The notes beneath the pieces were generated by a model. It searched no databases and was not told where the DNA came from. It saw only the letters and a program-made list of their open reading frames with translations. Positions 1 to 8,177 of a DNA stretch of 46,739 nt are shown here, piece by piece. Origin of the DNA: Polyangiales bacterium (GTDB lineage: Bacteria > Myxococcota_A > Polyangia > Polyangiales > Polyangiaceae); contig JBBRNJ010000069.1 in the NCBI GenBank assembly GCA_038230375.1, positions 1 to 46,739 of the forward strand. The letters run 5' to 3'. Both the position numbers and the translations under genes were made by a program. How positions within the stretch are numbered: the first letter of the stretch is position 1; every line of letters begins with the position of its first letter.

Positions 1-624
1 GAGCCGTTCCTGCCGCTCGAGTGAGCGCAGATCGAAGACGCCCTTGTGAAGAACGATGAGCCTGCGGGCGCGCGAGCCTTCGCACATCACGGTCGCGCAC
101 GAACGGGAAGACAGGGAGAGCGAGAGCAGGTCGATGCGGCAGCGCGGCTCGATGCCGGTCGCTTCATCCGTCTTGCAGAGGCGAAGCTCCATGTACTTCA
201 GATTGCGACTGCGGAGGGCGCGCCACCCGCTGATGTTGGCGCGCTGGAGATCGATCACACGCACGTCGCGGTGACCGATCGATCGCCCGAGGTCGACGCC
301 GCGCCTGTCGTTCTCGCGAACGGTCGCGTAGCGCGATGCCAGGTAGTCGAGGCCTGTCCGGTCCGTCCACGGACGCTCTTGCGGGAAGCCGTCGATGTGG
401 CGACCGAGATCTCCGCGTCCATTTCTCGAGGCCTCTTCTGCCGCCCAGCGTGGTGACGCCGTGGGCAGCCGCCGCTGCACCAGCGCGAGGTACTCATCCC
501 ACGTCGCGCCAACGTAGCGGCGCGGGAGATCTCCTGCAAACAGCGCCTCGTAGTAGCGCCGCAGGATGGCTCTACGAACCGTCACGGGGAAAGCCCGTTT
601 TGTCCGGTCGGGCGCAGGCGGCAT
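1..624 (-). CDS. Hypothetical protein, 3' end outside the window (possibly LRR-like)
   Basis: Not in the ORF track because it runs off the edge. My translation from ATG at 624: MPPAPDRTKRAFPVTVRRAILRRYYEALFAGDLPRRYVGATWDEYLALV...GLDYLASRY...VRVIDLQRANISGWRALRSRNLKYMELRLC...VFDLRSLERQERL, open to position 1. Protein-like composition with weak LxxLxL spacing; start uncertain. Confidence 0.55.
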   Translation of the reverse strand, partial: MPPAPDRTKRAFPVTVRRAILRRYYEALFAGDLPRRYVGATWDEYLALVQRRLPTASPRWAAEEASRNGRGDLGRHIDGFPQERPWTDRTGLDYLASRYATVRENDRRGVDLGRSIGHRDVRVIDLQRANISGWRALRSRNLKYMELRLCKTDEATGIEPRCRIDLLSLSLSSRSCATVMCEGSRARRLIVLHKGVFDLRSLERQERL

Positions 625-684
625 GACGAAGCTTGTCTCAGCCGCCGGCGCCGCGCAAGACCCGCTCCCTTGGCTGAAACTGAT

Positions 685-850
685 CTTGGAGGGACAGTTC
701 GCCCAGGCGTCGAGCGCTTCACCAGATCGGGTGTCGTGTTCACGGACGGCCGCGAGGGGGACTTCGCCGCGGTGGTGCTAGGCACCGGATATCGGCCCGC
801 GGTCTCGGACTTCCTGGCCGAGGCGGCGGAGGCTTGCGAGAAGGACGGCG
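685..850 (+). pseudogene. Fragment of a flavin-containing monooxygenase (FMO/YUCCA/TrkA-like), C-terminal part only
   Basis: ORF 670..1065 contains VRPGVERFTRSGVVFTDGREGDFAAVVLGTGYRP, matching the class B FMO 'V.F.DG....D.V..ATGY.P' motif. No upstream GxGxxG FAD/NADPH motifs and no room for them. Confidence 0.65.
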
Positions 851-925
851 TCGACCCCAAGGCTCAAGGCTCGGCGAGCTCGCTCCCGGACTCAAACTGT
901 CTATCATCGCGTACCCTCTCGATAC

Positions 926-1834
926 ATGACACGCGAAACCTTTCTGAAGAACCTGCCGTCGCCCGAGATCATGAAGATGCGCTTACGCACCTTCGCCATG
1001 CTCGATGCGATCGTGGCCACGTCCACTCGCTCGTTCGAGTTTCACCCCAGGTGGCGTCGCGGTGAGCAGATGGGAGCGTTCAAGGACGGCAGCGGGAATT
1101 TCTTCTTCGTCTGGTTCTCGGCGAAGGGCGCGGTCATCCGCGGGTTCGATCACGACAGCCCCATGTCACCGTTCCGCAAGAAGCCGCCGGCGCCCTGGCC
1201 GGGTCTCTTCGAGGGCCTGCCGCGATCGCTCTCTTACGCGCTGGGCGAGGAGGCGTTCGCGCTGGAGGAGGTGACCTTCTGCTTCTGGCATCAAGGGCGG
1301 CGCTGGGTCCCCGGGGCGGCCGAACTGCCGCGCGGCAAGGACGTCGATGGCGCGGAGAGCCTCCTCGCCTGCTTCTCGTTGAACTTCTCGCGGTGGGCCG
1401 CCCGCTACTACGGCGAGCCGCTGGACAAGGCAGCGCTCACTCGGGTGTGGTGGGGAAAGGAGCCGATCGACGGCGCCGTCGCCGCGGCGCTGAACCCGAG
1501 CTTCGACGCGCGCGAGATCCGGCAGGAGGCGGCGCTGCTGGGGTACAAGGTGGGCGATCTGAGCGGTGACGAGGGCGCAAAGGCCGCCAAGGCCGCCCCG
1601 CCGCCCAAGCCCTCACCCAAACCGCGCGCCCGCAGCTTCGGCGAGGCGGAGTTCACCGTGCGCTGCGAGCCGAACCGCGTGCGCATGTTGATTCACGGCA
1701 AGGAGGTCGTCGCCCAGACCAAGCACGACGTCTACCTGGAGCTCTTCGAGCTCGTGAAGGCACGGATCAAGGCCAAGCCTGACGGCACTACTCTTCGTAG
1801 ACGATCGGGGCTGGCACTGAAGGACCGGTCTTGA
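926..1834 (+). CDS. Conserved-looking hypothetical protein
   Basis: 302-aa ORF with GC3-biased codons and an aromatic-rich globular region (FKDGSGNFFFVWFSAKGAVIRGFDHDSPMSP...EVTFCFW), then a Pro/Lys linker and a small C-terminal domain. Confidence 0.75.
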   Translation: MTRETFLKNLPSPEIMKMRLRTFAMLDAIVATSTRSFEFHPRWRRGEQMGAFKDGSGNFFFVWFSAKGAVIRGFDHDSPMSPFRKKPPAPWPGLFEGLPRSLSYALGEEAFALEEVTFCFWHQGRRWVPGAAELPRGKDVDGAESLLACFSLNFSRWAARYYGEPLDKAALTRVWWGKEPIDGAVAAALNPSFDAREIRQEAALLGYKVGDLSGDEGAKAAKAAPPPKPSPKPRARSFGEAEFTVRCEPNRVRMLIHGKEVVAQTKHDVYLELFELVKARIKAKPDGTTLRRRSGLALKDRS

Positions 1835-1912
1835 TCGGCATCGAAGTTTCAGCCAGGATTTTCGCGGCCCTTCTCTCCGCGAACGTTTGGCCCGACGCTT
1901 GGCCCAAAAGAC

Positions 1913-1941
1913 GAAAACCCCCGGTTTTCACCGAGGGTTCT
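1913..1941 (-). terminator. Probable intrinsic terminator of the tRNA-fMet transcript
   Basis: Minus strand reads AGAACCCTCGG-TGAAAA-CCGGGGGTTTTC followed by GTCTTTT: a GC stem and T-rich tail directly after the tRNA CCA end. Confidence 0.65.
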
Positions 1942-2018
<77 letters not shown>

Positions 2019-2049
2019 ACACGTTGGCGTTACATCTCCAACGGCGCGC

Positions 2050-2079
2050 AACCTAGCGTTTGGGTGCGCACAATGTCAA
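2050..2079 (-). promoter_or_regulatory. sigma70-type promoter for tRNA-fMet
   Basis: Minus strand: TTGACA (2079-2074), 18-nt spacer, TAGGTT (2055-2050), then a GC-rich discriminator GCGCGCC typical of stable-RNA promoters. Confidence 0.75.
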
Positions 2080-2135
2080 GAGATCCCGCGCCGCTCCACA
2101 AAGCGGACGGAAGCTGTCGCACCGACTCCGGCGCA

Positions 2136-2260
2136 TCGACTTCGACTTCGACGACCACTTCGACGACGACTTGGACCTCGACCTCGACCTCGACCTCGAC
2201 TTCGACGACGGCCTCGACCTCGACCTCGACCTCGACCTCGACGACGACCTCGACTCCGAC
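2136..2260 (+). repeat. Intergenic degenerate hexamer array (TCGACY)n
   Basis: Runs of tcgacc/tcgact/acgacg between the tRNA promoter and the GST stop codon (2261). Confidence 0.9.
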
Positions 2261-2896
2261 CTAGACGTTTGCCTTCGTGGCTCTCTCGTACGCAGGCCTC
2301 GCCTTCAGGCGCTCCACGTACGCGCCGACGTTCTCCGGTACTTCCTTGCCGAGCGCGCCGCGCCACATCGTGATCCCGCAGCACACGGAGATGTCCGCGA
2401 GCGTGAGCTCTGGTCCGCAGAGGAACGACTCCGCTCCCCCCTCCGCCTTCGCGTTTGCGACCAGCCGCTCGCTCACGAAGCGCACGCCCTTCTCTACGCG
2501 CGCCTCCTGGCCGCGCACGGACCAGTTTCGCTTGTCCTCCTCCGGCGCCGCGAAGCGCGCTGCGAGCAGCGGATTCAGCGGGGTGCCAATGCCCGCTTCT
2601 CCGAACATCGTCATCTCCAGCACCGACGCGAGCCGCGCGTCGTCCTTCGACGGCAAGAGCGGCGTCGGGCCGTATTTCTGCGCTACCCAGAGCATGATCG
2701 CGGTCGACTCGGAGAGTGACACGCCCGCGGTGTCGTCCGTCAGGAACGGCACGGAGCCGAGCGGGTGCAGCGCGCGATAGCCCTCGCTCACGGGGTACGT
2801 GACGGGCGACATGCGATACGGCACGCCCATCTCCTCGCACTGCCACATGATGCGAAGGCCGCGCGCGCCCCTCGGGAAGTTGTGGATGGTGATCAC
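2261..2896 (-). CDS. Glutathione S-transferase family protein
   Basis: Probable GTG start 2896 (VITIHNFPRGARGLRIMWQCEEMG). Motifs: HPLGSVPFL (cis-Pro), LSESTAIMLWV (SNAIL-like), FLCGPELTLADIS (N-cap box), YVERLKARPAY. Confidence 0.92.
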   Translation of the reverse strand: MITIHNFPRGARGLRIMWQCEEMGVPYRMSPVTYPVSEGYRALHPLGSVPFLTDDTAGVSLSESTAIMLWVAQKYGPTPLLPSKDDARLASVLEMTMFGEAGIGTPLNPLLAARFAAPEEDKRNWSVRGQEARVEKGVRFVSERLVANAKAEGGAESFLCGPELTLADISVCCGITMWRGALGKEVPENVGAYVERLKARPAYERATKANV

Positions 2897-2974
2897 ACGG
2901 CCATCGCTACCACGCCTCGGCGCGCCGCCCAACGCATCGCTTGCAAGTGCCGGCGCGTTTGCTAACCCGACTTC

Positions 2975-3841
2975 ATGCGCTCACGCATTCGCCTTGGCTT
3001 CTTCGCTGCGTCTCTGGTGTGCGCCGCGGTTGCTGCGTGGCCTTCGGGCTCGCTTGCGGCGCCGGCGCTTTCCACCCCGTCCGCGGCCGTCATCGGTCCG
3101 CCGCGGCACGCGCTTTATGTCGACGGCAAGCTTGCGGGCTGGGCGTCGTTCGCTGGGGATGGCGCGGCGAACGGCGCGGGCGGCTCCACGATCGTGATGG
3201 ACGCGCTGGTCGGTCCCGCGGTGCCCGCGTGGATCGTGGAGATGGTGGAGAAGCACCCGGCCGCACGACACTCCGGCGCGCTCCTCACCGCGGAAACGAA
3301 CGGCACCACCACGGAGCGAACGTTCGAGAACGCCTCGCTCGTGGAGGTGTTCTTCCCTACCCTCCCCGCCGCGTCGTCGGCCGCGGCCGCCCAGGTGATC
3401 GAGCTCCGCCTTGACCGCCCGCTGTCGCCGCCGCACGCCGTGAAGAGCGCGACGCCTCCGCAGAGCCCAAAGGGCACGGGCCTCTCGCATGGCTGGACGT
3501 TCACGTGCAACGCCTGCACGACCAAGATCGAGCGCCTCCACGACGTGCGGCTCACGGCCACCATGGTCGTCTCGCACGGCGTCGGTTGGCAGAGCCACCC
3601 GCACGGTGACAGCGCGGACGGCGGCGTGCCCACGTTCCCTGCGCCACGCGCCATGGGCATGTCCATCACGCTGCTGTTCGACACCTACGAGTCCGGCGTG
3701 GCCTTCGAGCAGCCGGACATCACCGGAGTGGCATCGACCGGCGATGGGAAAAACACGCTCCGTTTGCGCGGCGCACCCCATGTCCTGGTCGGCGGAGGCA
3801 GCGGCGCGGACGGCGGAGCGAAGGCGCCGAACGGCAAGTGA
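2975..3841 (+). CDS. Secreted protein resembling a degenerate phage/eCIS tail-tube (gp19-like) protein
   Basis: N-terminal signal-peptide-like segment (MRSRIRLGFFAASLVCAAVAAWPSGSLA). Segments HALYVDGKLAGW, RHSGALLTAE, RTFENASLVEVFFPTL and ITLLFDTYESG recall tail-tube/CIS-tube motifs (from memory, unverified). The CDS itself is well supported. Confidence 0.6.
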   Translation: MRSRIRLGFFAASLVCAAVAAWPSGSLAAPALSTPSAAVIGPPRHALYVDGKLAGWASFAGDGAANGAGGSTIVMDALVGPAVPAWIVEMVEKHPAARHSGALLTAETNGTTTERTFENASLVEVFFPTLPAASSAAAAQVIELRLDRPLSPPHAVKSATPPQSPKGTGLSHGWTFTCNACTTKIERLHDVRLTATMVVSHGVGWQSHPHGDSADGGVPTFPAPRAMGMSITLLFDTYESGVAFEQPDITGVASTGDGKNTLRLRGAPHVLVGGGSGADGGAKAPNGK

Positions 3842-3848
3842 CGCGCAC

Positions 3849-4946
3849 GTGAAGAGCCGCATCGGTCTGCTTCGCATCGCTGCACAGCGCATTACCGGAA
3901 GCACGTTCGCGACACCCCTCGACGCCGCGCGCCACATGCTCGCCATGCAAGGGCAGGACTGGGCGAGCCTCAAGTGGTCGATCGGGCTTCGGGTACCCGG
4001 CGCTACCGACGCCCAGGTGGAGGACGCGTTCACGAACGGCAAGATCGTCCGCGCTTGGCCTATGCGCGGAACACTGCACGCCATCGCGGCGGAAGATCTG
4101 CCGTGGATGGTGGACCTCTGCTGCCCGCGCGTGGTGCAGAGCGTGTCCGCGCGAAGGGCCGCGCTCTCCCTGGACGACAAGACGCTCGAACGCGCACGCA
4201 CCGTCGCGGAGAACGCGCTCAGCGGCGGCAAACACCTGACGCGCAATGACATGCAGGCGCTCTGGGATCGGAAGGGCATCAGCACCGCCGGGCAGCGCGG
4301 CTATCACATGCTCTTCCATCTCTCGATCACCAAGACGCTCTGCTTTGGTCCACCGAAGGGCAAGGAGCAGACGTTCGTGCTCATGCGCGAGTGGATCAAG
4401 AAGCCGCGGACGCTCGCGCGTGACGAAGCGCTGGGTGAGCTCGCGCGCCGCTACTTCCAGAGCCACGGCCCCGCGACGCTCGCGGACTTCGCCGGCTGGA
4501 CCAAGCTCACGCTCGCGGACACGAAGCTCGGGATCGCGCTCGCAGGGAATGCACTGACGACGCTCGAGGACGACGGCGTGCGTTACGTCATGGCCGCGGA
4601 CGCGGAGGATCGTCTTTCAGAACTGAAAGACGCGAGCAGCAGGACTGCACTCTCCGTCCACGCACTCCCCGGCTTCGACGAGTTCATCCTTGGCTACAAG
4701 GAGCGCGGCGCGGTGCTCGACAGCGCGCACATGGACAGGATCGTCCCCGGCGGAAACGGCGTGTTCATGCCCACGATCGTGAAGGACGGACAGGTCGTCG
4801 GCACGTGGCGGCGCGTGCACAAGGCGAAGGAGACCATCGTGGAGGCCCAACCCTTCTCGAAGCTGGGCGCAGATACCGCGCGCGCATTCGCCGAGGCAGC
4901 GGCTGCGTACGGCCGCTTCCTCGGCGTGACGACGCGCGTCAAGTAG
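3849..4946 (+). CDS. AlkZ-family (HTH_42) DNA interstrand-crosslink glycosylase
   Basis: GTG start 7 nt after the previous stop. Motifs: AMQGQD (QxQ catalytic motif), RAWPMRGTLH, LARRYFQSHGPATLADFAGW, LPGFDEFILGYKER, PTIVKDGQVVGTW. Confidence 0.9.
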   Translation: MKSRIGLLRIAAQRITGSTFATPLDAARHMLAMQGQDWASLKWSIGLRVPGATDAQVEDAFTNGKIVRAWPMRGTLHAIAAEDLPWMVDLCCPRVVQSVSARRAALSLDDKTLERARTVAENALSGGKHLTRNDMQALWDRKGISTAGQRGYHMLFHLSITKTLCFGPPKGKEQTFVLMREWIKKPRTLARDEALGELARRYFQSHGPATLADFAGWTKLTLADTKLGIALAGNALTTLEDDGVRYVMAADAEDRLSELKDASSRTALSVHALPGFDEFILGYKERGAVLDSAHMDRIVPGGNGVFMPTIVKDGQVVGTWRRVHKAKETIVEAQPFSKLGADTARAFAEAAAAYGRFLGVTTRVK

Positions 4947-5040
4947 CGCAGCGCGTCGCCGCTGGCATCACGATTTTCGTGTTTGCGTGCGCGAGCGGCC
5001 CACCACTTTGGCGTGCGCACGCACTATTCTCTTCCTGACG

Positions 5041-5499
5041 ATGGATTGGACCTTGGTCTACTTCGAGCTCGACGAAGAGAACTCCGGATACCTGCTCGAG
5101 AGCGAAGACGGCATCTACTCGTACGAGCGCGGGGGCAAGAAGCGCGTCCCCATGTTCATCACCGAGGAGGGCGCCATTCTCTTCGCGCAGCGCCGCACGC
5201 CCGGCGCATCCCCGCGCGTCGGAGACGAGCACGTGCTCGCGCCGCTCATCGCGTTCGTGACCGGCCGCGAGGAGCACCCGCCCGACGACGCGCACGACAC
5301 ATGGGTGCTGCTCGACGAGATCGCATTCGCCGTCGGCCGCGAGGACGATGTTGGTTCGCCGCACGAAGGCCTCGCCGCCGACGCGCTGAAGGCGAACCAG
5401 CCGTCGGAAGAGGAGCTCGTTGCGCTGCGGGCGGCGCTACTGCGGGCCCTCACAGTCGCGAGCGAGGCGATCATTTTGCTCGACGTGCCAGCACCGTGA
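5041..5499 (+). CDS. Hypothetical acidic protein
   Basis: ATG 5041 (MDWTLVYFELDEENSGYLL...), 152 aa with typical codon bias; no recognised family. Confidence 0.7.
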   Translation: MDWTLVYFELDEENSGYLLESEDGIYSYERGGKKRVPMFITEEGAILFAQRRTPGASPRVGDEHVLAPLIAFVTGREEHPPDDAHDTWVLLDEIAFAVGREDDVGSPHEGLAADALKANQPSEEELVALRAALLRALTVASEAIILLDVPAP

Positions 5500-5520
5500 T
5501 CGACTGACAGACAAAGACAA

Positions 5521-5657
5521 CGACTTCGACCCCGACCTTGACTTCGACCCCGACCTCGACTTCGACCTCGACTTCGACCTCGACTTCGACCTCGACAACG
5601 ACCTCGACATCGACCCCGACCTCGACCTCGACCGCGACCTCGACCTCGACCTCGACC
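5521..5657 (+). repeat. Intergenic degenerate hexamer array (TCGACY)n followed by a C-rich tract
   Basis: About 22 units of tcgacc/tcgact/ccgacc, then tctcctcaacccccaccctccccctttccc up to the peptidase ATG. Confidence 0.9.
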
Positions 5658-5690
5658 TTCTCCTCAACCCCCACCCTCCCCCTTTCCCAT

Positions 5691-7232
5691 ATGCCCCTTC
5701 ACACCCGTGCGGAGTCCACACGCTACGAAGAGACGTCACGACACGCCGACGTCATGGCGTTCGTCGCTGGCCTCTTGGCTCTCGGTGATTCGCGATTGCA
5801 TGTCACTGACTTCGGGGAGAGCCCCGAGGGGCGCGCGCTGCCTCTTCTCGTGCTCTCTGCGCGTGGGGTGAAGACGCCGGAGGAGGCTCGGGCTCTTGGG
5901 CTTCCCATCGTCCTCGTGGTGAGCGGCATTCATGCGGGCGAAGTGGAGGGCAAGGAGGGTTGCCTCATGCTCGCTCGCGATCTGCTTCAAAAAACGGGCT
6001 CCGCGGGCTCTGTCGGCGGCGACGACATCCTCGCGAACCTGACGCTCGTGATCGCACCGCTCTTCAATGCGGATGGCAACGACCGGATCGATCCGGCCAA
6101 TCGTCGGCTGCATCTTCCCAAGCTCGAGGGGCAGCTCGGCCCCGATAGCGGCGTAGGTACCCGCGTGAACGCGGCGAAGATCAACTTGAACCGCGATTAC
6201 ATGCGGCACGAGTCGCTCGAGATGCGGCTCATGCAGACGCGCGTCTGCCAGGCGTGGAAGGCCGACCTCACGATCGACAACCACGCCACCAACGGCAGCG
6301 TGCACCGCTTCTCCATGACGTACGACATCCCGCATACGATCGAGAGCGGACGCCCCGAGCCCATCCTCTACATGCGCGAGAAGCTCCTGCCGCCCGTCAC
6401 CGCCGCGCTGAAGAAGAACCACAACCTTGACGCCAGCTTCTATGGCAACTTCAGCGAGGACGAGAGCGCTCTCGAGAAGGGGGATGCAGATCCGAACGCG
6501 CCCGTGCGCGAGGGCTGGATGACGTATCCGCATCACCCGCGCTTCGGTAGCAACTATCGCGGGCTCACGAACCGTATGGACCTGCTGCTCGAGTGTTATT
6601 CGTACATCTCCTTCGAGGAGCGCGTGCGCACGGCCTACGGCTTCATGCTCGAGACGCTGCGCCACGTGGCCGCGCACAAGGACGACGTCGTGCAGACCGT
6701 GGCGACGAGCCGGATGCCGCGCGAGCGCATCGCCGTGCGCGCCAAGCTCCAGGCGTTCGACACGCCGATCGAGATCCTGACGCGGACGCCGCGCACGCTC
6801 GAGGGCACGGAGAGCTCCGTGACCCTCCCCTTCTTCGCGCGCTTCGTGGGCACGCACGTGGTCACGCGTCCCGCCGCGTACCTGGTGCCGCCGCGTCTGG
6901 CGCAGGCGCTCGTGGGGCACGGGCTCACCGTGGAGCCTGCGAGCGGCACGTACGACGTACAGGTGCCGCGCGTCGAGCGCATCGGCCGCGAAGGTGGCCG
7001 TCAGATCCTGGAGGCCGCGGACTTTGGCGACGTGTCCGTGTCATGGAAGACCGATAAACGTACGGCCGCCGGCTGGTCACTCGTGCGCACGGAGCAGCCT
7101 CTCGGCGCGATCGCCGTCTACCTCTGCGAGCCCGAGAGCGACGACGGCGCGATCGAGAACGGCTTCCTGCCCGCACCGAAGGTGGGTGACGAGCTCGATC
7201 TCTATCGCGTGGACGCGCTGCCCAAGACCTGA
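5691..7232 (+). CDS. M14-family zinc carboxypeptidase
   Basis: ATG 5691 (MPLHTRAESTRYEETSRHADV). Motifs: GESPEGRALP, GIHAGEVEG (HxxE), PLFNADG, NLNRD, TIDNH (third Zn ligand), LLECYS. Confidence 0.9.
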   Translation: MPLHTRAESTRYEETSRHADVMAFVAGLLALGDSRLHVTDFGESPEGRALPLLVLSARGVKTPEEARALGLPIVLVVSGIHAGEVEGKEGCLMLARDLLQKTGSAGSVGGDDILANLTLVIAPLFNADGNDRIDPANRRLHLPKLEGQLGPDSGVGTRVNAAKINLNRDYMRHESLEMRLMQTRVCQAWKADLTIDNHATNGSVHRFSMTYDIPHTIESGRPEPILYMREKLLPPVTAALKKNHNLDASFYGNFSEDESALEKGDADPNAPVREGWMTYPHHPRFGSNYRGLTNRMDLLLECYSYISFEERVRTAYGFMLETLRHVAAHKDDVVQTVATSRMPRERIAVRAKLQAFDTPIEILTRTPRTLEGTESSVTLPFFARFVGTHVVTRPAAYLVPPRLAQALVGHGLTVEPASGTYDVQVPRVERIGREGGRQILEAADFGDVSVSWKTDKRTAAGWSLVRTEQPLGAIAVYLCEPESDDGAIENGFLPAPKVGDELDLYRVDALPKT

Positions 7233-7244
7233 CCAGACGCTGCG

Positions 7245-8177
7245 CTAGCGGCTCTCTGCGCGGTGCACACCGAGCGCGACATGCGCCGTCGCGCGATCAC
7301 TGAGCAGCGTGCGCCCCACGTTCGCCAGCATCTGGATCGCGGGCTGGATGTGCGACTCCAGCACCATGAGCACGTCCTCCACGGCGACGCGCCACGCGAC
7401 CACGTCGGTCAACGCGCGCAGCTCGTACGAGCGCATGCGCGCGCTCCAGGCCTCGAGCTCTCCGAGCATGGTCGGGCTCTCTGCGTCCACGTTGCCTCCA
7501 TCCGCGGCGGTACACCGTACCCGTCCATGCTGAAGGTGAAGCGTGTACGCCGGTCTGTCTCCGACCGACCAGATCAGCTCCCCTGCCGGAATTCGGACCT
7601 CCACCATGCGGCGCGCGAACTCGCTCAGCGCGTCCACGCTCATCACACCGAACGCGCCCTGACGAAGCCGCATCACGCGCTCCACCACGGTCAGGGAGCG
7701 CCCGGGATATTCGCCAGTGCCGTCGCCGAGCACGGCGCTGGGCGGCGACACCGGAAGCACGCCGCGGGCGGAGAGAACGCCCGTGGACAGGAGCCGCAGC
7801 TCGTTGCGCAGCAGCGAAAAGTTGTCCTCCATGACCCCCTTGAACGCGGCCACCGAGATCTCCAGTGTGCGCGTATCCGCCTCTGCCGTGAGGTGACCCA
7901 CGGGAGACCCCGCCATGAGAGCCAGCACGCCCAGCCGATCTCCGTTGCCTGCGACGAGCGCCTCATCGCCATCACGCATCACGGTGACGCGACCGTCCAC
8001 GATGACGTGGACTGCATGCAGTGGCTCGTGGGCAACGGCCAGCACCTCTCCCTTGCGAAACTCGCGATGACGCGCATGCTCGGCGAGCAGCGTCAGCGCT
8101 TCGTCATCCAGACCCATGAGGGTCGGGAGCGAGCGGAGCGCCAGCAGTCGCTCGCGCACACCGGCAAGCTGGCTCAT
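7245..8177 (-). CDS. Protein with two cyclic-nucleotide-binding-like domains
   Basis: Two cNMP-like repeats (FRKGEVLA...VIVDGRVTV...LGVLAL; IPAGELIWSVGD...LQHGRVRC...LGELEAW). Overlaps the upstream gene by 4 bp. Confidence 0.85.
   Translation of the reverse strand: MSQLAGVRERLLALRSLPTLMGLDDEALTLLAEHARHREFRKGEVLAVAHEPLHAVHVIVDGRVTVMRDGDEALVAGNGDRLGVLALMAGSPVGHLTAEADTRTLEISVAAFKGVMEDNFSLLRNELRLLSTGVLSARGVLPVSPPSAVLGDGTGEYPGRSLTVVERVMRLRQGAFGVMSVDALSEFARRMVEVRIPAGELIWSVGDRPAYTLHLQHGRVRCTAADGGNVDAESPTMLGELEAWSARMRSYELRALTDVVAWRVAVEDVLMVLESHIQPAIQMLANVGRTLLSDRATAHVALGVHRAESR

Noticed and set aside
2060..2719. ORFs reading DLDLDL, STSTST or RPRPRP through array 1 (2060..2719, 2064..2264, 1960..2373)
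   Set aside because: The repeat has no stop codons in these frames. The ORFs overlap the tRNA, its promoter or the antisense of GST, and lack an RBS.
2975..3841. Prophage or complete eCIS/T6SS locus around the tube-like gene
   Set aside because: No sheath, baseplate, spike, capsid, terminase or integrase genes in the window; the neighbours are GST and alkZ.
2136..5657. Hexamer arrays as a CRISPR array
   Set aside because: The units are 6-nt degenerate microsatellites with no unique spacers, and no cas genes are present.
5538..5690. STST N-terminal extension of the M14 peptidase (track start TTG 5538)
   Set aside because: No RBS or signal peptide, and peptidase-like sequence begins at ATG 5691. 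Not fully excluded without proteomics.
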